Shown: positions 10,439 to 21,139 of the stretch, one piece after another
How positions within the stretch are numbered: position 1 is the stretch's first letter
Layout of the letters: every line of letters starts with the position of its first letter
Origin: Fidelibacterota bacterium
GTDB lineage: Bacteria; Fidelibacterota; Marinisomatia; SCGC-AAA003-L08; GCA-002704045
Assembly (NCBI GenBank): GCA_002703375.1
Contig: NZTO01000062.1
Location: 1-47,142 of the forward strand
Direction of reading: 5' to 3'
Length of the DNA stretch: 47,142 bases
Notes under the pieces: generated by a model
Databases searched by the model: none
What the model was told of the DNA's origin: nothing
The model's input: only the letters and a program-made list of their open reading frames with translations
Program-made: the position numbers and the translations under genes

Positions 10439-11203
10439 TTAATTTGAATTAATAAATTTTAAAATATCTTCAAAAATTTTTTTTTGATCAATACCTGGCA
10501 TTAGCATTGCATGGCTTGGATAATCATATTCTTTAACTTTTTTTATACTAGATTTAACTCCGTCATTTATAATACTTACATTTATTTTTGGTGCAGTTAA
10601 ATCTTTCTTTGATGATAATATCATAATTGGAGCACTGATCTTTTTTAAATTACTTTTAATTAGTTTTGCCATTTTAAAGTATTCGTTTAATGCTACTAAA
10701 GGATATTGATTATAGCCATTAAATTTTAGATCATTACGAATGTTTTTATCAAATCTTTTTCTTTTTGAAACTTTTGAATAAAAAAATTTAGTTATTGGAT
10801 TAATCCATCGTAACGTAAAATGGTCTTTAAAATGAAGAACAGCTGCACAAGTTACAATACCATTTATTGGAAATAAACTGGCTAAATGTAATGCTAAAGC
10901 CCCACCCATACTCGCTCCTATAACATATATTTTTTTATTTTGTGATATCATATCTGCAAAATCTCTTTCAACATGTTCTAGCCATTCCGCATATATCGTA
11001 TTATTACAATCATCAATATCTGTAGCATGTCCAGGTAAATTATTTGCTCTGGTATGAAATCCACAACCTCCTAAATATTCAGCCAATTCTTTTACTTCGT
11101 GCGTTGTGCTTGAAAAACCATGAATTATATAAATTCCAATATCACTCTTGGAATTAAATTCATAATCATTTAAATCAAAATTTTCAGCAAAATCCTTCAT
11201 CAT
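10439..11203 (-). CDS. Alpha/beta-hydrolase fold esterase (carboxylesterase/lysophospholipase-like)
   Basis: Nucleophile elbow GASMGG. 254 aa. An oxyanion-type HGF motif lies near the N-terminus. Confidence 0.7.
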   Translation of the reverse strand: MMKDFAENFDLNDYEFNSKSDIGIYIIHGFSSTTHEVKELAEYLGGCGFHTRANNLPGHATDIDDCNNTIYAEWLEHVERDFADMISQNKKIYVIGASMGGALALHLASLFPINGIVTCAAVLHFKDHFTLRWINPITKFFYSKVSKRKRFDKNIRNDLKFNGYNQYPLVALNEYFKMAKLIKSNLKKISAPIMILSSKKDLTAPKINVSIINDGVKSSIKKVKEYDYPSHAMLMPGIDQKKIFEDILKFINSN

Positions 11204-11961
11204 TTACTTAATTTGTGAAGAAGAGATGTAGATTTAACATAATTCATACCTTCAATATGATACCTTATATAATCCTCTAAAAAAAAAGAAATTGAGTTTA
11301 AGTTTATATCATTTACATTCAAATCATTAATTTTATTAATATTTGTATACATTAATTTTTTAATAAACGATAAAGAATTCTCATGAATTAATTTGGAATT
11401 AAAATTATCACAACTCTGACAATAAAGCTGACCATTTATTAATACAATTTTATCTCTGAACAAAGTATTACATTTAGAACAATTTGTTATGTTTGGTTTA
11501 AATCCATTTTGAATTGCAAGATGTAACAAGTAAAAATTATATAAAATTTTACTATTTAACTTTTTTACTGCTAATGTTTTAATTGTACTGTTGATAAGCC
11601 TGAATAGTATAGGCGCTTCATTTAGTGGGTGTGTAGTTTTATCCAAGATTTCAATAATACTAAACAAGGTTAATAATTTTTCTAAATCTTTTCTAATTAG
11701 AATTATATTATAATCCAGTGAAGCTTCTTTTAATAGTTGGATGTCTCTATTTTCTTTAAACATGTATTGTAATCGAATGATATTACCGCATTCTAATACA
11801 CTTGATAATAAATTTTTTTTTCTTTTTGCTCCCTTTGCCATTATAGAAATTTTCCCTTTTTCTTTAGTGAAAATTCTACATATAAGGCTTGTATCACTAA
11901 AAGGTATAGTTTTTAAAACAACAGCTCTTGAATCAATAAACAAATTAATAAGCCTTTGCAA
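11200..11961 (-). CDS. recO: DNA repair protein RecO
   Basis: N-terminal OB-fold region (VLKTIPFSDTSLICRIFTKEKGKISIMAKGAKR) and a C-terminal Cys4 zinc motif CSKC...CQSC. Confidence 0.8.
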   Translation of the reverse strand: MQRLINLFIDSRAVVLKTIPFSDTSLICRIFTKEKGKISIMAKGAKRKKNLLSSVLECGNIIRLQYMFKENRDIQLLKEASLDYNIILIRKDLEKLLTLFSIIEILDKTTHPLNEAPILFRLINSTIKTLAVKKLNSKILYNFYLLHLAIQNGFKPNITNCSKCNTLFRDKIVLINGQLYCQSCDNFNSKLIHENSLSFIKKLMYTNINKINDLNVNDINLNSISFFLEDYIRYHIEGMNYVKSTSLLHKLSK

Positions 11962-13417
11962 AAATAACTCTGTATTTAGCTAATTCTTGCGTGTAAATAC
12001 ATTTTAGATTTTCTGCATTGTTATTAAACGGTATACATCGTATAGTAGCTTTCGTTTCTTTTTTAATTTTATCTTCAGTTTCAATTTTGCCATCCCAACC
12101 ACATTCAACAAACCCACCACTATTAACAATATTTTTAAATTCACTATAATTATTTGTTACAAATGTATTATCATCTCTAAATTTTTTTGCTGTATTAAAC
12201 AAATTATCCTGAATATCATTAATCAGTTCCTGGATTTTCTTAAATCCATCATTTATATTTATAGATTTTTTTTCATTTGTATCTCTTCTAGCAACAAATA
12301 TAGAATTACTATTAATATCCCTTTGTCCAACTTCAATTCTTATTGGAACACCCTTCATTTCCCATTCATTAAATTTATATCCTGGAGATATTTTTTTTCT
12401 AGAATCCAAATGAAAACGTATATTATTAATTTTAAATTCTTCAAAAATATTACTTAAAAAAACCTTTATTTTTTCTAAATCATCATCACTTTTAAATATT
12501 GGAATGATAACTACTTGTATAGGCGCTAATTTAGGAGGCAATCTCAACCCTTTATCATCACCATGAACCATAATTAAGGCTCCAATTAATCTTGTGCTAA
12601 CTCCCCAACTAGTTGCATAAACAAATTCTTCTTTATTATCTTCACTTTGAAACTTCACATCAAATGCCTTAGCAAAATTTTGTCCTAAATAATGAGAAGT
12701 TCCAGCTTGTAATGCTTTTTTATCTCCCATCATTGCTTCAATACAATAAGTATCAATTGCTCCTGCAAATTTTTCAGATTCTGATTTAGTACCAGTCAAT
12801 ACAGGTACAGCCATCACATTTTCAACTACTTCTTTATAGACATCCAACATTTTTCTAGCTTCTGCTATGGCTTCACTTTCTGTTGAATGTGCAGTATGGC
12901 CCTCCTGCCATAAAAATTCACTTGTCCTCAAGAATAATCTAGTTCTCATTTCCCAACGTACTACATTTGCCCACTGATTTATCAAGATTGGTAAATCTCT
13001 ATATGAGTTTATCCACTTTTTATACATTGACCATATTACAGTTTCAGAGGTAGGTCTAACTATAATTTCTTCATCAAGTTTAGAATCTGGATCAACAACA
13101 ATACCACTACCGGATTCAGAATTTTTTAATCTTGAATGAGTTACAACAGCGCATTCTTTGGCAAAACCTTCTACATGCTTTGCCTCTTTTGATAAAAAAG
13201 ATTTTGGTATGAATAAAGGAAAATAAGCATTTACGTGACCTGTTTCCTTAAACCTCTTATCAAATGCTTCTTTTAAACTTTCCCAAATACTATAACCATA
13301 TGGTTTTATAACCATCGTCCCTTTAACTGGGCCATAATCTGCTAATTCTGCTTTTGTAATTATATCAGTATACCATCTTGAATAATCCTGACTTTTTGGG
13401 GTAACGCCTTTTGACAT
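11945..13417 (-). CDS. proS: Prolyl-tRNA synthetase, archaeal/eukaryote-like type
   Basis: 490 aa. N-terminus SRWYTDIITKAELADYGPVKGTMVIKPYGYSIWE. Class II core motifs are present, and it ends in the C-terminal Tyr typical of this ProRS type. Confidence 0.9.
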   Translation of the reverse strand: MSKGVTPKSQDYSRWYTDIITKAELADYGPVKGTMVIKPYGYSIWESLKEAFDKRFKETGHVNAYFPLFIPKSFLSKEAKHVEGFAKECAVVTHSRLKNSESGSGIVVDPDSKLDEEIIVRPTSETVIWSMYKKWINSYRDLPILINQWANVVRWEMRTRLFLRTSEFLWQEGHTAHSTESEAIAEARKMLDVYKEVVENVMAVPVLTGTKSESEKFAGAIDTYCIEAMMGDKKALQAGTSHYLGQNFAKAFDVKFQSEDNKEEFVYATSWGVSTRLIGALIMVHGDDKGLRLPPKLAPIQVVIIPIFKSDDDLEKIKVFLSNIFEEFKINNIRFHLDSRKKISPGYKFNEWEMKGVPIRIEVGQRDINSNSIFVARRDTNEKKSININDGFKKIQELINDIQDNLFNTAKKFRDDNTFVTNNYSEFKNIVNSGGFVECGWDGKIETEDKIKKETKATIRCIPFNNNAENLKCIYTQELAKYRVIFAKAY

Positions 13418-13433
13418 TTCTTTTCCTTTTATT

Positions 13434-14471
13434 TTAATTTAAACATTTATCAAATTCTATTAATGTCTTATAAATATCTTTTTTTGTTATTCCGTAATGT
13501 GTAACTAATCTGAATCTATTTGGACTCGTTTCGAAAAATTTAATTCCTTTTGAATTCATTGATTCGACAAGAGCCTGAGCAGTAATTTCATCCGATTCTA
13601 ATTTAAAAAATATTATATTAGTTTGAACAAGATTTAATTGCACACTTAAGCCTTTAATCTTATTTAAACCTTCGGCTAAAACTTTTGCATTATTATGATC
13701 TTTTTTTATTTGCATTATACAATCATCTAAAGAAATTAAACCAGCCGCTGCTATGATTCCAGCTTGCCTCATACCTCCACCTAATCCTTTGCGGTGTCTT
13801 CTTGCTTTGTCAATGAATTTTTTTGAACCACAAACTACCGATCCAATAGGTGCTGCCAATCCTTTTGATAGACAAAACGTAACCGAATCAACATTTTTAA
13901 CAAAATCTTTAACATCAATATTTAAGGATACAGCTGCATTAAATATTCTAGCTCCATCAATATGTAATTTTAAATTATTTTCTTTGGCTATAACACTTAC
14001 TGATTTTATATAATTTGGTTCAATTGGACTGCCAAAACACATATTATGTGTATTTTCCAAACTAATAGCTGATGTTTTTGGATAGTGAACATTATCATCT
14101 CTAACAGCCTGTTTAATATCATCTAAATTAATTATACCAAAATCGTCATTTAATAATTGTCTTGAATGTATTCCACCAACACTAGATATACCACCACCTT
14201 CATAAATGAAAGTATGTGATTTATGTCCTAAAATAATTTCTGTTCCTCTTTCACAATGTGATAAAATAGAAACTAAATTACCCATAGTCCCACTAGGTAC
14301 TAGTAATGCTGATTCCTTTCCCATTATTTGAGCAGCCTTTTGTTCAATTTCATTTACAGTTGGATCTTCTCCAAAAACATCATCTCCTAATAAAGAATTT
14401 GAAATTGCATCACGCATTTTATTTGATGGCTGAGTAACTGTATCACTTCTTAAATCGATAATTTTTGTCAT
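13434..14471 (-). CDS. ltaE: Low-specificity L-threonine aldolase
   Basis: IDLRSDTVTQPS, GDDVFGEDPTVNEIE, and the PLP-lysine region FCLSKGLAAPIGS. Confidence 0.85.
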   Translation of the reverse strand: MTKIIDLRSDTVTQPSNKMRDAISNSLLGDDVFGEDPTVNEIEQKAAQIMGKESALLVPSGTMGNLVSILSHCERGTEIILGHKSHTFIYEGGGISSVGGIHSRQLLNDDFGIINLDDIKQAVRDDNVHYPKTSAISLENTHNMCFGSPIEPNYIKSVSVIAKENNLKLHIDGARIFNAAVSLNIDVKDFVKNVDSVTFCLSKGLAAPIGSVVCGSKKFIDKARRHRKGLGGGMRQAGIIAAAGLISLDDCIMQIKKDHNNAKVLAEGLNKIKGLSVQLNLVQTNIIFFKLESDEITAQALVESMNSKGIKFFETSPNRFRLVTHYGITKKDIYKTLIEFDKCLN

Positions 14472-14545
14472 TTTTTATCCCAAAACTATTTTTTAAATTT
14501 AACACTCTTTTATAAAGGCAAAGAATCCAAAAATATAATAATAAA

Positions 14546-16087
14546 ATGAATTTTAATTTAATTAACGGAAATATAATCACACTGGACCAATCAAACCCAA
14601 TAGCAAATTCTGTTACTATTGAAAATGATAAGATTTTAAATATTGACAACATCAATTCAAAATATCAAAATATTGACTTATGTGGAGCAACCGTCATTCC
14701 TGGTTTTGTTGATTCTCATTTTCATTTAACAAATCTTGGGAAAAGACTTGATATGCTAAATTTAAAAAAATGTAATTCAAGTCAGGAAATAGCAAAATTG
14801 GTTATTGAAAAAAGTAAAACGGTAAATGATAATGATTGGATTCTAGGATTTGGCTGGGATCAAACTAGATGGGATGAAAATGAATTTCCCAAAAAAACGT
14901 TATTAAATGACTTGAATATAATGCAACCAGTGATGCTTACACGTATTGATGGACATTCTTGCTGGGTAAATGATAATGCAATAAAGTTATCTGGTTTAGA
15001 TTCTTCAATTCAAATTGATGGTGGTGATATAGTTAATGGATGTATCTTAATAGATAATGCAATGAATCCAATACAAGAAAGCATACCAAAATCTGATGAT
15101 AAAATGATTCAAAAATGGATAAAAATGGCTACTAAAATCATTATATCAAGAGGAATAACTAATATTCATGATGCTTGGCAAACATCTGATATGATTAAAA
15201 ATATCAATTTTCTAATTGAAAAAAATGAATTTCCTATTAGATGTTATGGAATGCTTGCTAGCCATGATCAACAATTAATAAATCATTATTTTAATAGTGG
15301 CCATTATAATTCAACATACTACACAATACGATCGGTTAAGGCATTTATTGATGGTGCTCTAGGTAGTAGAGGTGCAGCATTATTTGAACCCTATAATGAT
15401 GATAACCACAATTGTGGTTTAATACTAATATCTCATGATGAGTTTAACGAATTAGCTAGGAATTGTAAAAAAGCAGGATTTCAATTGTGTACACATGCAA
15501 TTGGAGATAAAGGTAATTCAATGGTCATAGATACTTATTCAAAAACAATGGAAAATATTTCTGATCATAGATGGAGAATTGAGCACGCACAAATGGTACG
15601 CGATGAAGATATTTCTAAATTTTATAAAAATGGAATAATACCTTCAATGCAACCTTCACATTGCACTAGTGATATGAGATGGATGAAAGATAGATTAGGC
15701 GAACATAGGATACATAGAATTTCACGATGGAAGTCATTTATCGATAGTGGTTGTAAAATTCCTGGAGGATCTGACTGTCCTATTGAAGAAGGAAATCCTT
15801 TATTTGAATATTATGCTGCAATTTCTAGAAAAGATCATAAAGGATATCCACATAATGGTTGGCAACCTCAAGAATGTATAACTAGATTAGATGCATTAAA
15901 AATGTTAACAAGTTGGGGTGCCTACGGAGAATTTGCCGAAAATAAAAGAGGTAAAATAAAAATAGGTTTTGATGCAGATTTTACCGTTATGTCTGAAAAT
16001 ATATTAACTTGTGATTTTGATAAAATTCTTAAGACAAAAATATTGATGACAATTATAAATGGCAAAATTTTAAAAAACATTCTATAA
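14546..16087 (+). CDS. Amidohydrolase-family metal-dependent hydrolase (YtcJ-like)
   Basis: 513 aa. HxH metal motif PGFVDSHFHL, downstream H (CTHAIGD) and D (GSDCPIE) ligand regions. Confidence 0.75.
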   Translation: MNFNLINGNIITLDQSNPIANSVTIENDKILNIDNINSKYQNIDLCGATVIPGFVDSHFHLTNLGKRLDMLNLKKCNSSQEIAKLVIEKSKTVNDNDWILGFGWDQTRWDENEFPKKTLLNDLNIMQPVMLTRIDGHSCWVNDNAIKLSGLDSSIQIDGGDIVNGCILIDNAMNPIQESIPKSDDKMIQKWIKMATKIIISRGITNIHDAWQTSDMIKNINFLIEKNEFPIRCYGMLASHDQQLINHYFNSGHYNSTYYTIRSVKAFIDGALGSRGAALFEPYNDDNHNCGLILISHDEFNELARNCKKAGFQLCTHAIGDKGNSMVIDTYSKTMENISDHRWRIEHAQMVRDEDISKFYKNGIIPSMQPSHCTSDMRWMKDRLGEHRIHRISRWKSFIDSGCKIPGGSDCPIEEGNPLFEYYAAISRKDHKGYPHNGWQPQECITRLDALKMLTSWGAYGEFAENKRGKIKIGFDADFTVMSENILTCDFDKILKTKILMTIINGKILKNIL

Positions 16088-16097
16088 AATATGAGAT

Positions 16098-16901
16098 TTA
16101 AGTTTTAATTTTGATGGATACTTTATAACCTTGATGCTTTCTAATATTAAAAACTTTTTCATTATCAATAAATAAATACTGACCTTTTATTCCTGTCAAT
16201 ACCCCAGAAATTTCTGGAAATTTATCTAAACTTACACTTTTTACTTTAGTCGGATAAATTTTCACAGGATAATTTATTTTATAAATGACATTCTCTTGAA
16301 TGTAGTATTGTTTTAATTCTTTAGGTAAATGAGTGCTTAATTCAATTTTTTTATTTTTTAAATCAGTAGAAATATCAATATCATTTTTTAACATTCTTTG
16401 CCATGCAGTTCGATCTGAAATAAACTGTTTTAAAAATACTTCAATTAAACCAGCAGTATATCTATTAGGTGTTTTAGAAAATTTTATGGCTTTAACTGCT
16501 CCCTGATCAATCCATCTTGTGGGTATCTGGGTTGCTCTGGTAACACCTACTTTTATTCCACTTGTTAAAGATAAATAAACATAATGATTTTTTAAACAAT
16601 GTTGCTTAGCCCATTCTAAATCTCTAGCAATTCCATTTTGAGCTTGACATAATTCTGGTTTTAGTATGCATTCTGATGTTTCAGGTGAATTTTGAAAACA
16701 AGGAAAACAAAAACCTTGTGCAAAAGTTTTTTTTATTTTAATGCCACATTTTATACAATTAATTTCAGAATTAAAATTAATTGTAATTTGTTTATTTATA
16801 TAATCAGATATATTAAAAAGTTCTTTGTTGATTGGTAATTGATAATGAACAATAGAATCATCATTTGATACCATTTTCATAATTGTTCCGTTTAATTCCA
16901 T
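16098..16901 (-). CDS. DUF2797-like zinc-ribbon protein of unknown function
   Basis: 267 aa. Cys cluster INCIKCG...FCFPCF...SECI...CQAQ near the N-terminus. The overall pattern matches my recollection of DUF2797. Confidence 0.5.
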   Translation of the reverse strand: MELNGTIMKMVSNDDSIVHYQLPINKELFNISDYINKQITINFNSEINCIKCGIKIKKTFAQGFCFPCFQNSPETSECILKPELCQAQNGIARDLEWAKQHCLKNHYVYLSLTSGIKVGVTRATQIPTRWIDQGAVKAIKFSKTPNRYTAGLIEVFLKQFISDRTAWQRMLKNDIDISTDLKNKKIELSTHLPKELKQYYIQENVIYKINYPVKIYPTKVKSVSLDKFPEISGVLTGIKGQYLFIDNEKVFNIRKHQGYKVSIKIKT

Positions 16902-16987
16902 ATGATAAAGTTATATAAATAAATAACATATACAAAAAAAAAGATTATATTTGCATTATACGTTTTATAATAAGGTAAATTTTTACT

Positions 16988-19486
16988 ATGAAACAATTAA
17001 ACAAAGGACTGGTTATAGTAGAGTCACCATCTAAAATAAAGACTCTAAAGAAATTCTTAGGCAAAGAATACGCAATTGGTGCTTCAGTTGGACATATTAG
17101 AGATCTACCTAAAAATGATTTAGGTGTTGATATAGATAATAATTTTAAAGCCAATTATATTCCGTCTCCAGATAAAGCGAAAGTCATCAAAGAATTAAAA
17201 ACACAATTAAAAAATGCTGAAACAATTTACATAGCTACTGATCCCGATAGGGAAGGTGAAGCAATTGGTTGGCATCTTATTGAAACACTAAAACCAAAAG
17301 TTCCTGTTAAAAGAATTATTTTTTATGAAATTACTAAATCGGCAATTCTAGAATCTTTTAATAATACTAGAGAGATTAATAGCTCATTAGTAGGTGCTCA
17401 AGAAGCTAGAAGAATTTTAGATAGACTATGGGGATTTCTTGTATCAAAAAAATTGTGGTTAAATATTAAAGGCGGTTTATCAGCAGGTAGAGTTCAAAGT
17501 CCTGCTGTAAAAATCATAGTTGACCGTGAAAAAGAACGTTCAAAATTTGTGGAAAATGAATACTGGAGTATTTTAGGAAAATTTGAAAGCAATGGTATAA
17601 ATTTCGAAGCTTCATTAAAACAATTTGATAATAAAACAATAGCTATTGGTAAAGATTTTAATAAAAACGATGGAACTATAAAAAATAATGAATATCTAGT
17701 TTTAGATAAAAAAATATCACAAGACCTATGTACTAATTTTAAAAATTCAAATTGGTTAATAAAGGATATAAAAGAAAAACCTTCTACTCAAAATCCATAT
17801 CCACCTTTTATTACATCCACTCTTCAACAAGAAGGAATAAGAAAATTAAAAATGTCCTCTCAGGCCGTTATGGTTACAGCGCAAAAATTATACGAAGCAG
17901 GACTTATTACATACATGAGGACAGATTCAATAAACCTTTCGAATGAGGCAATCAGTGCTTCAAGAAAAGCTATCAATGAATCATTTAATTCAAACTATCT
18001 TCCAGAAAAACCTAGAGTTTTTAAAAGTAAAGTTAAAAATGCTCAAGAAGCTCACGAAGCAATTCGACCTGCTGGCTCAACATTCCAACATCCTGATAAA
18101 TTAAAAAATTCATTAGAATCGTCTGAGTGGAAATTATATAATTTAATTTGGAAAAGAACTCTTGCATCCCAGATGAAATCAGCTAAGATATTAAATACAA
18201 GTATTGATATTATCAATGATAATGCTTTGTTAAGAGCAACGGGAAAGGTAATCGAATTTCCTGGTTTTTTAAAAATTTATGTTGAAGATATTGATGATCC
18301 AAATAAAGATAAAGATGACAAAGAAAATACTTTGCCAAAATTAAAAATAAATCAAAAAATTAATTGCGTAAATTTTGAATCTAATCAGCATTTCACTAAA
18401 CCTATTGCTAGATTTACTGAAGCATCATTAGTGAAAGAGCTAGAAAAACTTGGTATAGGTAGACCGTCAACTTACTCTACAATTATGAGTAATATTCAGA
18501 AGCGAGGGTATGTAAATAAAGTCAAAGGAGCAATGATACCGACTTTGACAGCATATGCAGTTATACAATTTTTAGAACGGTACTTTACTGATCTAGTTAA
18601 TTTACAATTCACAGCTGATATGGAAAATATCCTTGATTCAATTTCTAGATCTGAAATAAAATCAACAGATTTTCTTTTAAATTTTTATAATGGATCAAAG
18701 AAAAATAAAGGATTAAAAGAATTATTAGATAACGAATTTGATAAAAATAAATCTAAAACAATTATGAGTTTGAAAAATGGTTCAAAAGATGAAGTTTTAG
18801 TTAAAATTGGTAGATATGGTACTTACTTACAATATAATGATAAAAATACAAATTTATATGATGATTTTATACCAAGTGATTTAACTTACAAAAAAGCTGT
18901 AAACCTTTTTGACAAGAAAAAACAAGAATCAACACATAGTTTTGTCCATCCTGAAACTCAACAGCCAATATTTTTAAAGGAAGGGAGATTTGGACCATAT
19001 GTACAATGTGATAAAAAAATGAAATCATTACCTCCAGGCATTACATTAGATCAAATAAATGAAAAAGATGCTATAAATCTTATTGATATGCCTATTAAAC
19101 TAGGTAAACACCCAAATCTTAAGGATGATATACTTAAAGATATAGGAAGGTATGGTCCCTACCTTCGTTGCGGTAAAAAATCTGCATCACTTCCAAAAGA
19201 TGATGATATTTTAAATCTTTCAATTGAAAGAGCAATCGAAATTATTGATCAATCAAAAAATAAAAATAGCTCATCTGTTATAAAAATTATTGGACAGATG
19301 CCTGAAACCAAAAATAATATTGAATTGAAAGATGGAAGATATGGTGCATATGTGACTGATGGAAAAATAAACGCTACAATACCAAAGAACGAAAAGATTG
19401 ATGACTTGTCTTTAGAAAAGGCAATCAAATTAATACTAGATAAAAAAGCTAAAGGTCCAACTAAACGATTTAAAAGGAAAAAATAA
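16988..19486 (+). CDS. topA: DNA topoisomerase I
   Basis: Toprim start VIVESPSKIKTLKKFLG and active-site Tyr region GLITYMRTDS. The C-terminus holds four Cys-poor GR(Y/F)G.Y repeats rather than Cys4 zinc ribbons. Confidence 0.95.
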   Translation: MKQLNKGLVIVESPSKIKTLKKFLGKEYAIGASVGHIRDLPKNDLGVDIDNNFKANYIPSPDKAKVIKELKTQLKNAETIYIATDPDREGEAIGWHLIETLKPKVPVKRIIFYEITKSAILESFNNTREINSSLVGAQEARRILDRLWGFLVSKKLWLNIKGGLSAGRVQSPAVKIIVDREKERSKFVENEYWSILGKFESNGINFEASLKQFDNKTIAIGKDFNKNDGTIKNNEYLVLDKKISQDLCTNFKNSNWLIKDIKEKPSTQNPYPPFITSTLQQEGIRKLKMSSQAVMVTAQKLYEAGLITYMRTDSINLSNEAISASRKAINESFNSNYLPEKPRVFKSKVKNAQEAHEAIRPAGSTFQHPDKLKNSLESSEWKLYNLIWKRTLASQMKSAKILNTSIDIINDNALLRATGKVIEFPGFLKIYVEDIDDPNKDKDDKENTLPKLKINQKINCVNFESNQHFTKPIARFTEASLVKELEKLGIGRPSTYSTIMSNIQKRGYVNKVKGAMIPTLTAYAVIQFLERYFTDLVNLQFTADMENILDSISRSEIKSTDFLLNFYNGSKKNKGLKELLDNEFDKNKSKTIMSLKNGSKDEVLVKIGRYGTYLQYNDKNTNLYDDFIPSDLTYKKAVNLFDKKKQESTHSFVHPETQQPIFLKEGRFGPYVQCDKKMKSLPPGITLDQINEKDAINLIDMPIKLGKHPNLKDDILKDIGRYGPYLRCGKKSASLPKDDDILNLSIERAIEIIDQSKNKNSSSVIKIIGQMPETKNNIELKDGRYGAYVTDGKINATIPKNEKIDDLSLEKAIKLILDKKAKGPTKRFKRKK

Positions 19487-21129
19487 TGTCAAACATTCCC
19501 AAAAATTTTAAAGAAAAAATAATTTCATTGTGTAAAAGAAGAGGCTTTATTTTTCAAAGCAGTGAAATTTATGGAGGATTAAAAAGTGCATATGACTATG
19601 GACCACTTGGTGTAGAGTTAAAACGTAATCTAATGAATGAATGGTGGAAATCAATGGTGCATAAGCGTGAAGATATAATTGGACTTGACGCATCAATAAT
19701 TATGCATCCAAAAGTATGGGAAGCTTCAGGTCATTTAGCTGGTTTTTCTGATCCTTTGGTTGATTGTTTAGTTAGTAAAGAACGTTTTAGAGCTGATAAA
19801 GCACCAAAGCTAAATGTTAAAGATGATATTACAATAACTTGTAACGATAAGGGACAAGCTAAAAACTTCCAAAAAATAATTGAAAATAGATTTGATATAC
19901 TTTTAAAAAGGGAAGGTAAACAACTTAAAGGTTTAAAATTAATTGACGAGAAAAATTTTGGTTTTTTTGAAAACAATAATACCAGACCAATAAAAACATT
20001 TGAATATAAAGGATATGTAAGTCCGACATTTGGCTGTCCATTTTTAAGTGAAGAAAGACAATTTAATCTGATGTTTAGAAGTCAAATAGGTCCAGTGGAT
20101 GTACTGGGAGAAATTACAAAATACATTCGAAAAAATAAAAACACAAGCTCAGATGAACTTAGAACTGGTATTGATAAACTTGTAAAAAAATCTGCAGTTT
20201 ATTTAAGACCAGAAACTGCACAAGCTATGTTTGTTCAATTTTTAAATTGTCAACAAACCATGAGCATGAAAATACCATTTGGAATTGCTCAAATGGGAAA
20301 AAGCTTCAGAAATGAAATTACTACAGAGCATTTTATTTTTAGATCTTGCGAATTTGAACAAATGGAAATGGAATTTTTTGTCGAACCTGGGACACAAGAA
20401 AAATGGCTGGATTATTGGGTTGAAAAAAGAATGTCTTGGTGGCAAAAGTTTGCCAATCACCCAGAAAATTTTAGATATAGAGCGCACGATGAAAGCGAAT
20501 TGGCACATTATGCAGATGCCTGTTATGATATTGAATATAAATATCCTTGGGGATATGATGAATTGGAAGGCGTAGCAAGTAGAACTGATTACGATTTAAA
20601 AAAACACGCAGAACAATCCGGAACAAAGTTAAGTTACTTTGATCAACAAAAGACTGATCCTGATACTGGGAAAAATGGTTGGAGATATACTCCTTATGTT
20701 ATTGAACCAGCTGCAGGAGCCACTAGAGGTTTATTAGTGTATTTGATGGATGCATATACAGAAGAAACCATAAAAGATGCTAAGGGAAATGAAGCAACTC
20801 GCATAGTGATGAAACTACATCCTAAACTAGCTCCTATTAAAGTTGCTATTTTACCGCTAGTAAAAAAAGAGGGCTTACCAGAAATAGCAAGAAAATTAGT
20901 TAATGAACTTTTTGAATTAGGTATTAATGCCCGTTATGATGAACAACATTCTATTGGAAAGCGATATAGAAGACACGATGAGGCAGGAACACCATTCTGT
21001 ATTACAATTGATGGGCAAACAAAAGAAGACAAGTCAGTAACAATTCGTGATAGAGATACTATGAAGCAAGAACGGATTCCATTAGCTAATTTAAAAGAAA
21101 TAATTCAAAAAAGGCTGTCTGAGGCTTAA
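19486..21129 (+). CDS. glyQS: Glycyl-tRNA synthetase, alpha2 (GlyQS) type
   Basis: YGGLKSAYDYGPLG, YLRPETAQAMFVQF, EPAAGATRG. The ATG overlaps the topA stop by 1 nt (TAATG). Confidence 0.95.
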   Translation: MSNIPKNFKEKIISLCKRRGFIFQSSEIYGGLKSAYDYGPLGVELKRNLMNEWWKSMVHKREDIIGLDASIIMHPKVWEASGHLAGFSDPLVDCLVSKERFRADKAPKLNVKDDITITCNDKGQAKNFQKIIENRFDILLKREGKQLKGLKLIDEKNFGFFENNNTRPIKTFEYKGYVSPTFGCPFLSEERQFNLMFRSQIGPVDVLGEITKYIRKNKNTSSDELRTGIDKLVKKSAVYLRPETAQAMFVQFLNCQQTMSMKIPFGIAQMGKSFRNEITTEHFIFRSCEFEQMEMEFFVEPGTQEKWLDYWVEKRMSWWQKFANHPENFRYRAHDESELAHYADACYDIEYKYPWGYDELEGVASRTDYDLKKHAEQSGTKLSYFDQQKTDPDTGKNGWRYTPYVIEPAAGATRGLLVYLMDAYTEETIKDAKGNEATRIVMKLHPKLAPIKVAILPLVKKEGLPEIARKLVNELFELGINARYDEQHSIGKRYRRHDEAGTPFCITIDGQTKEDKSVTIRDRDTMKQERIPLANLKEIIQKRLSEA

Positions 21130-21139
21130 TCCTGAAGTC

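Noticed and set aside
14443-14655. A 70-aa minus-strand ORF spans the divergent ltaE / amidohydrolase intergenic region.
   Set aside because: It overlaps the 5' ends of both real genes. The sequence is hydrophobic and low-complexity with no homology signal, so it is most likely a chance ORF across a promoter region.
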